Assembly (NCBI RefSeq): GCF_009914755.1
Contig: NC_060926.1
Direction: 5' to 3' (one strand)
DNA: 64,000 nucleotides
Source: the human T2T-CHM13v2.0 reference genome, Homo sapiens
Shown: piece after piece, positions 27,685-64,000 of the stretch
Numbering within the stretch: the first letter of the stretch is position 1
How the letters are laid out: every line of letters begins with the position of its first letter
Translations under genes and position numbers: made by a program
Notes under the pieces: generated by a model
The model's database searches: none
What the model was told of the DNA's origin: nothing
Seen by the model: only the letters and a program-made list of their open reading frames with translations

Positions 27685-29105
27685 TGAGTAGCTGGGATTA
27701 CAGGTGCTCGCCACCACGCCTGGCTAATTTTTGTATTTTTAGTAAAGATGAGGTTTCACCATGTTGACCAGGCTGGTCTCAAACTCCTGATCTCAGGTGA
27801 TCCACCCGCCTCCAAAGTGCTGGGACTACAGGCATGAGTCACTGCGCCCAGCCAAAAGGTCCATGAATTAACAGTCCTACTAGCAATGTATTTTTTTTCT
27901 TCTTACTCTCTGTAATGCAGGATGTTATAAAGTTCTTATTTTGCCAATCTGATAATTTTACTCTTTATCATGATGAATGAGGATGAGCATTGTATGTGTT
28001 TAAGACTCTTTTTTTTTTTGAGACAGGTTCTTGTCTGTCGCCCAGGCTAGAGTGCAGTGGCACCATCAGAGGCTCACTGCAGCCTTGACATCCTGGGCTC
28101 AGGTGATCCTCTCACCTCAGCCTACCGAGCAGCCGGGACTACAGATGCATGCTACCACGCCCAGCTAATATTTGTAGAGACAGGGTTTTGCCATGTTGCT
28201 CAGGGTGGTCTTGAACTCCTGGACTCAAGTGATCTGCCCACCTCAGCCTCTCAAAGTGCTGAGATTACAGGCATGAGCCACCTTGCTTACCCTTGTTAAC
28301 TGGTTATTCCTATTCACTTAATATCTTCTGCCTATTTTTTGACTGAGTGCTTGATCTTTTATGACTTCTATTTATTAAAGAAACTAGTTCTTTGTGTTTT
28401 TTTTCCCTCTAGTTTGTCATTTGGGTTTTGATTTTGTTTATGCCTTGCACTTGTAGAAAGTCATTTTGGTGTATTTGAATTATTAAATGTTTTTCTTTAT
28501 GCCTTCTGGGTATGACGTTAAACTCTGAAAAGTCTTCTCCAAAACTTAAAGTTTCTTCCACGGTTTCTTTAGGTATTTTTATAGTTTGGGTTTTTCTTTA
28601 AAAAAAAAACAACAGATTTTGATTTTGGCTCCATCTGTAGATTTTCCTGTTAAAAGATATAAGAAATGTTTAAAATTCCCCTACCATCTTATAGATTAAG
28701 CCTAAGTCTTTAAGACACTTAAAATTTCGCTTGCGAAATGCCCTTTCAGTCTCATTTAGCCTGAAGACATGACTTGGAAAAACATCAATGGTTATTTACT
28801 TACCTGGCTTGAATGTCAGTTCAAAAGGCTAGTTTATTATAGTATTTTTAAGTCACGCATTTTTTGAATATGGGCTAGGCACTGTTCTAGGCACTGGATA
28901 TACAGGGATGAATAAGATCGGGGAAGCACACAGTAAACAACTAAATTAATAGCATGATTTTAGATACAGATTGGTGTTATCAAGAAAATAAAGACAGACT
29001 GGGCACAGTGGCTCACACCTGTAATCCCAGCACTTTAGGAGGCTGAAGTGAGGATCACTTGAGCCTAGGAGGTTGAGGCTGTAGTGAGTGGTGATCATGC
29101 CACTA

Positions 29106-29638
<533 letters not shown>

Positions 29639-30512
29639 TCAACTGTGAATATACATTCCCATGCTTCCCTGCTGCCTCAACTTTGCTCGGCTTGTAATGA
29701 AATCTCCTGTAGCTCTGCACATAAATGCTATCCACACTTTAAGACACATGACAACTACATACATCATTCACAGTGTGCCAACTTTGCTTTTAGACTGGCT
29801 TCCTTTAAGCCAGAATGGCTGCTGCAGGCCCATATTGGGTGATGTCCATTGGCAGAAAAAAGAGAGCATCTCTTTTGGTATCTTCTGAAGAGCAAGTAAA
29901 TCTTTCTCCAAAGTGCTTCATTACATCGTTTCACATTTCTTTTCTTTGTTTTATTTTTTTTTGAGACAGGATCTCACTCTGTCACACAGGCTGGAGTGCA
30001 GTGGTGCAATCATGGCTCACTGCAGCCTTGAACTCCCAGCGTCAAGCAATCCTCCCATCTCAGCCTCCTGAGTAGCTGGGACTACAGGTGTGTGCCACCA
30101 TGCCCAGCTAATTTTTGTATTTTTTTGTAGAGATGGGGGTGTATGTGGGGGGGGTTATACTATGTTTCCCAGGCAGGTCTTGAACTCCTGGGCTCAAGCA
30201 ATCTTCTCACCTCAGGCTCCCAAAGTGCTGGAATTACAGGTGTGAACCACAGAGGCTGGCCCTTTCACACTTAGGCCAACAGGAATTTATCCCTCAGCTA
30301 GATATGGGTTTACCTTTCCCTGGTCATAGCATGAGAGAAGAACACTGAGCAAGATCAGAGGCTGTTTGCAAAGAGCATGTGAAAGGGGCTGCTTCAATAC
30401 TTAAGGCGTTCAGCCTTGTACTGTAGTAATCTACATAAGATGCTTTCCCATTAATTTCAAGGCTCTTTGAGGAAAGCTTGTCTTATATATCTTCATGTTT
30501 TTCAGCACTTAG

Positions 30513-30671
<159 letters not shown>

Positions 30672-31812
30672 TGAGTAGCTGGGACTATAGGCGCACACCA
30701 CTGTGCCCAGCTAATTTTTGTATTTTTTTTTTTTTTAGAAAAGACGGGGGTTTCACCATGTTGGGCACATTGGACTCAAACCCCTGACCTCGTGATCCGC
30801 CCACCTCGGCCTCCCAAAGTGCTGGGATTACAGGCTTGAGCCACCGCACATGGCCTGCATTAACTCTTTTATTTGGATTTAAAAATTCCCCAAAGTGAAT
30901 TTTTATTGGATAATTTTTTTTAATGTGTCAACGATTTGAAGCTCATGGATAATTTGAAATTACTTATGATACTTTGGCTTTATAAAATATTTTCTTCTAA
31001 AGCTTCAAGGTTCCATATTTAATTTTATGCTTGCTTTCATACTTTATGGGGCAGAGGGAAAGAACTGCTATGCACAATCTTCATTACACATGAAGAAACA
31101 TTTATTTGATAGCTTGTTCAATGTCTTAACAGTTAACAGGCAAGAGAATCTAGATTTTCCGAATCCCAGTCCAGAGCTATTCCTACTGGTGCATATTGCC
31201 TTTAAACAGATCACTCCACTCCTCCTTTACCTGAAATATTCAAGTATTTCATGTAACTGTTATTGTTGATCATGCTTTTTGTTTTTCTTTTCTCTCTCCT
31301 CCTACCCCGGACAAATTAACCCTAGTTATAAAATTTGTCTTGTTTGGAGGTACGTAATCTACAGGCTGACAGAGGAATGAAAATGTGAAGGTTATGAGCT
31401 AGAAACATTCTATCCCTAAAGGACAAGGTCCTTCCTATGAACAAGGCCAGGGTTGACATCAGAATGCAACTTTATTGGACTTTTCAAAAACAACGAATGT
31501 GCATTTTGTTCCCGAATTTAACACCTACTCATTCACGTTTTTTGTTGGTTTCAGATGGGTTGAAACAGTTTAACAAATCTGGAATTAAGAGAAAGTGAAG
31601 ATGATTCCATTCAACTATAGGTGACTATTTACAGCTCAGGGAAATATCACACAATCTGGGAAATGTAAACGTAATCCTTGCAGTAAGTGAGGCGAGTTAT
31701 CTATAGACCAAGAGGCCTCCCTGGGACTCTGCTATCTCATAGACCCAACCCATCTCTCTAAGGGAGGCAACATTTACGTGTCACTTGTCCTAGGCTCTCG
31801 TTGCATTTAATA

Positions 31813-32332
31813 CAAGTTGAGCATCCATAATCTGAAAAGTCCAGAATCTGAAATGCTCCCAAATCTGAAACTTTGAACATCCACATGATGCCACAGGTGG
31901 AAAATTCCATACCTGACCTTCTGTGACCGGTTGCAGTCAAAACTTTGTTTCACGCACAAAATTATTTGAAGTTTTATAGGCGCCTGCCGCCACACCTGGC
32001 TAATTTTTGTATTTTTAGTAGTGATGGGATTTCACCATGTTGGCCAGGCTGGTCTGGAACTCCTGACCTCAAGTGATCTGCCCCCCTCAGCCTCCCAAAG
32101 TGCTGGGATTACAGGTGTGAGCCACCGCTCCCGGCCTATTTAAAGTATTGTATAAAAGTAACTTCAGGCTATGTGTGTAAGGTGTATAGGAAACAAATGC
32201 ATTTCACATTTAAACTTAGGTTCCATCCCCAAGAAATCTCATTATGTATATGCAAATATTCTAAAATCCAAAATAATCAGAAATCTGAAAGTGTTTTGGT
32301 CCCAAACTTTAAGATGAGGGGTACTTAACCTG
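31813..32332. mobile_element. Tigger4 (Zombi)-type DNA transposon with an internal Alu fragment (about 31975-32136)
   Basis: TA-flanked termini CAAGTTGAGCATCC...GGGGTACTTAACCTG. Confidence 0.75.
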
Positions 32333-33686
32333 TATAAGAATTTGTGATTTGCACGTCTCTGTTGCTGGAGTCAAGGCAATTTGTAGTGAAGGACTGAGCC
32401 TTATCATACTTGTACATTAGTGCCTACCATATAGTGGGGCTTAATGAGTATCTGTTGAACGAATAATCTTTTCATATGTAGACGCTGGTTCTGGGAGGGC
32501 AAAATTAAGTCCCTATTCTTGAAGAGTTACCAGTCAATACATCTTCCAGAGAGAACCAACTTCCTGTTGTTAAACCCTTCAATGCCTAGTTCTAAGTCAC
32601 TGACAATTACTCAGCTAGAGACCCACTCAACCTCTCCTCTCCTCTCAAATTCCATTTCTGGAAGCTGTTACATGGCCCTTCCCTCAGCATTCTCAATACA
32701 CCTTCTATCTAGGGACACTTGATGTTTTCTTCTTTTGGAAATCATGCTACTGTATGCGTTTTTTACTTTTTGAACTGTCTTCCCATCTGCTATCCCAAGG
32801 CCTCCCTCACCCCAGATAAAAGATTCAAGGTTTCTAAGCAGGAAAAAAAGTTTGCGAAAATGCTGTGGTTTCTTAAGAGAGAACACTTAAAATTTGCAAC
32901 AAAGGAAATGTGGAATCCTGTAAGATGTAAAACCCTCACCACCTGTCAAGGACTACTAATTTCCTCCTCCTGCTTCTGACTTGAAAAACACGAGCTAAAT
33001 CTGTCTGCCTAACGCACAAAACCAGATGTCCACTCTTCATCTCACATAATTGACATCTGCGTCTTTTATCTACGTAAACAAACTTGTCATTGAAAAAGTC
33101 CTTGGCTTTGAAGTCGCCGGATGGCGTAAATAACACTGACACTCAAATCCCCCGTCTGATTTCAGATTGGGTCGATTTCACGCAGGTTCTATAGAATTTG
33201 CCAAGACTGCTGGCCTGTTTTCTACCCTGATTCCTTAGGTGGCTTCTGGGACAGAATTACGGTTCTCTAAGTATTTGCTTGCAGGTGGGTTTACTGAAAC
33301 GGTCGCCACTATACGAAGTTCGTTCTTCCCGTGTAACTAACGAGAGCCCATACCAACGTGCAACGCAGCCGTGCACACTGCCGCAGCGGTCGCTGCGATC
33401 ACGACCTTTCAAACCGCCCCGCAGCCCTCGCAAAGAGGCTCGTGGCGCCCGCCTTCCGGTGCCTCAGTCCCTGCCAGTAGCCACCCGACGCCGTCCGGCT
33501 GTTCCTCGTTCGCCCTCTCCCTCCGCCTAGCCCGCTTCTACCCGGACGGCTCCCGGCGCAGGCTGCAGCTGTTCCGTCAGCTGCCGCTCCTCCTCCCAGA
33601 CGCAGAGCGCCGCTCTGCCCCGCCCCCCGCGCAGGCTGCCGTCCCTACATCCGGGTACCGACTCCAGCCGCCTAGACGCTGGCACT

Positions 33687-58034
<24,348 letters not shown>

Positions 58035-59234
58035 GTGAGGATTTATGAAATAGAGTAACTAATAAAATTATTATAGCCTAAATCTCTCTCAAGACAATGT
58101 TAGACAAGTTTTTAGGGTTTTTAGTTCACTGTTCATTTTGCTATTTCATTTTGAGTTGCTTGTTGTGAAGTTGTTACTGCAGTGCTATTTTAGGATTTCT
58201 TATGATAAGCATCATTTTTCATAATTGGGCAATTACATGGGCTAGAACTCACTTCATGATCCACTGGCTATTACGGATTAACATCTGTCACATTGTGCTG
58301 ATATCTACTGTGTAATGATTGAGATACGCCTGTTTAGGTTTTTGTTCAGATTATTTCTTTTGATAGGAAGAACTATTGATTACTCTGATGCCTAGTTTAA
58401 GTAGAAATGTTACTTTTGAGCTTTTAAATATTCATGTTGTTTTTCTCCTTATTTAGTTTTTGTCAAGGTAAGACTATAGGCAGTAGCAGTTTTTTGTTTT
58501 GCTCTTTTTTTTTTTTGAGATGGATTCTTACTCCGTTGTCCAGGCTGGAGTGCAGTGGTATGATCTCGGTTCGCTGCAACCTCTGTCTCCGGATTCAGGA
58601 GATTCTCATGCATCAACCTCCCAAGTGGCTGAGATTACAGGCATGCGCTATCATGCCGGGCTAATTTTTATATTTTTAGTAGAGATGGGGTTTTGCTATA
58701 TTGGCAAGCCTGGTCTCAAACTCCTGACCTCAAGTAATCTGCCCACCTCAGTCTCCCAAAGTGCTGGGATTACAGGTGTGAACCACTGTGCCTGGCCTAC
58801 TGTACTTTTTCTTATTTAAAAAATTTCTTCATATCATCTGATACCCAGTATACTTTTCCTTAGTTGTCTCCAAAATGGTCTTTACATCTGGGTTGTTTAT
58901 GCATTGCTTTTCCCTTAATCTGTATTCCCATTTAATCTGTTATAATTACTTTTTACTTGACACTGACTCACTGGGGATATTGGGTTAGGCCAATTCTGTA
59001 GAATCATAGACCTTGAAGTGGTCATTATATTGATAGACTTCTAAGGCTTGAAGACAAGTGAGGCCCTAGTTGCAAAATCAATATCTGATGTTTTTTGTTT
59101 CAAAAAGGACAAATGCTCCAAAATAAGGAGTATTTGATACCTAAGAGAATAGTACTTATTTGGAAGACTGGTTTCATTCAGGATGTCACATTTTTATGTT
59201 AATTAATTGAAGCAGTATTAAGATTGTATCTGTC

Positions 59235-59598
<364 letters not shown>

Positions 59599-60894
59599 TC
59601 ACTGAAGTTGGCTACTTAACGTAGTGAATGATGTGATTATTGCAATTAGGAAACTGAATCAAGAAGGCTGAATCAAGGCTAGTTTTGTTTTGGCAAATAG
59701 TAATGATGTATTATTCTTTCTTTAGAGTGGAAGTGATATCCAGTTTGTGATGTGTTATGACTCTTAAATATACTGTCATTCTCATATCCACTTCTTTCTT
59801 GATTAATATTAAATGACAGGATAGTCATTAGCATTAAGACCTGTAAATTGAGTCTTAGAATTGCAGCATTGCTTGCTGAAGTCCAGATCTGTTGAACTGG
59901 CCATGTGTCAAGGGAGGGTGATAGTAGGATTTCCAAGTGGTAGTTATATTGAGTGGAGTTACTGTAAAAATACAAACAAAAGAACAATTTGAAAGGACAC
60001 TTTCTGAACTGTTTTTGAATAACTGCTTAGTCAGGAAACTATAGGAACTGACAAACTAAGCTAAGAAAATTGCTCTCATGGATTAAAATCACTAGGGAGA
60101 TTCTGAAGTGGGAGCAGCAGAATACTTAGCACCAATAATCATTTATTCAGTATCCTTGAGAATTAAAGAGAGGCATTCAGCATATAGAGTAAATTATACA
60201 AATAGTGCTTCTAGGCGACAAACATTATAACTTACTGTCTACAAGCCCTCACAGTCACATGCTGATTGTGATCACTTGCAGTAGCATTATGATTATATAT
60301 TTGGAAAAATATAATACATAAAAATTTGTAAACACCATTACATAGTATTTTGTAACCTGCTATATTTTGCCATTTTTTGCTGTTATAACTGTTACAGAGT
60401 AGGAATAGTTACCTGAGAATTAACTGGGGGAAGGTGAAGGGAAGGCAGCTAAAAACAATGCAAAATGTCATCCAAATTAAAAATTCAGAAACCAGTTAAA
60501 GGTCTAAAGATACAGTGATGTGGTAACCCATGAGCCCCATGTAGCTGTGTAGCACTTGAAATGTGGGTAGTCAAAATTGAAATATGCTGTAAACACAAAA
60601 TAAATAGGATTTCGAAGACAGTAACGCCTGTAATCCCAGCACTTTGGGAGGCCGAGGCAGGTGGGTCACCTGAGGTCAGGAGTTCGAGACCAGCCTAGCC
60701 AACGTGGTGAAACCCCATCTCTACTAAAAATACAAAAAATTAGCTGAGTGTGATGGGTGTGCACATGTAGTCCCAGCTACTAGGGAGGCTGAGGTGGGAG
60801 AATCACCTGAGCCCAAGGACTCAAGGTTGAAGTAAGCAAAGATCACACCACTACACTCCAGCCTATGTGACAGAGAGAGACCATGTCTCAAAAA

Positions 60895-63530
<2,636 letters not shown>

Positions 63531-63664
63531 AGTCAAAAAGTAGCCCATTAATTTTATATCAATTACCTGCTGAAATGGTATTATTTTGGATATAGTGGGT
63601 CAAACTACAATATTAAAATTAATTTCACCTCTTTCACGTTACCTTTTTATTTTTTATTTTTTAA

Positions 63665-63781
<117 letters not shown>

Positions 63782-64000
63782 TGAGTAGCTGGGACTACAG
63801 GTGCCTGCCACTGCGCACAGCTAATTTTTTGTATTTTTAGTAGAGATGGGGTTTCATCGTGTTAGCCAGGATGGTCTTGATCTCCTGACCTTGTGATCCA
63901 CCTGCCTCGGCCTCCCAAAATGCTGGAATTATAGGCGTGAGCCACTGCGCCCGGCCTCACGTTATCCCCTTTTTAATGTATCTCTTAGAAAGTTAATTAA

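Overview
Human (primate) genomic DNA at the HSPD1-HSPE1-MOB4 locus (2q33.1, recognised from the encoded proteins). The window holds the complete HSPD1/HSP60 gene (minus strand; 11 coding exons sum to 1722 nt, 573 aa). It sits head-to-head with HSPE1/HSP10 (plus strand; 309 nt, 102 aa) across a CpG-island bidirectional promoter with a perfect heat-shock element. The first five coding exons of MOB4/phocein follow on the plus strand; that gene runs past the window end. The rest is very Alu-dense, with L1M, MER2, MER3, MER30 and Tigger4 fragments, an LTR10-like LTR, a MER11 solo LTR and an RPL39 processed pseudogene. Nearly all ORFs in the supplied track are Alu/L1 or GC-rich artefacts. I found no evidence of a wholly new biological system. 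The best leads are: a candidate 3-nt microexon in MOB4 intron 3; a short retroposed mRNA 3' end placing a sense AATAAA just after MOB4 exon 2; phase-0 compatibility of all HSPE1 donors with MOB4; a local duplication bracketing the last HSPD1 exon; a triple target-site Alu+RPL39 insertion; a GC-AG intron in HSPD1; and a young AluYa5. Repeat family names come from recalled consensus sequences and need RepeatMasker confirmation.
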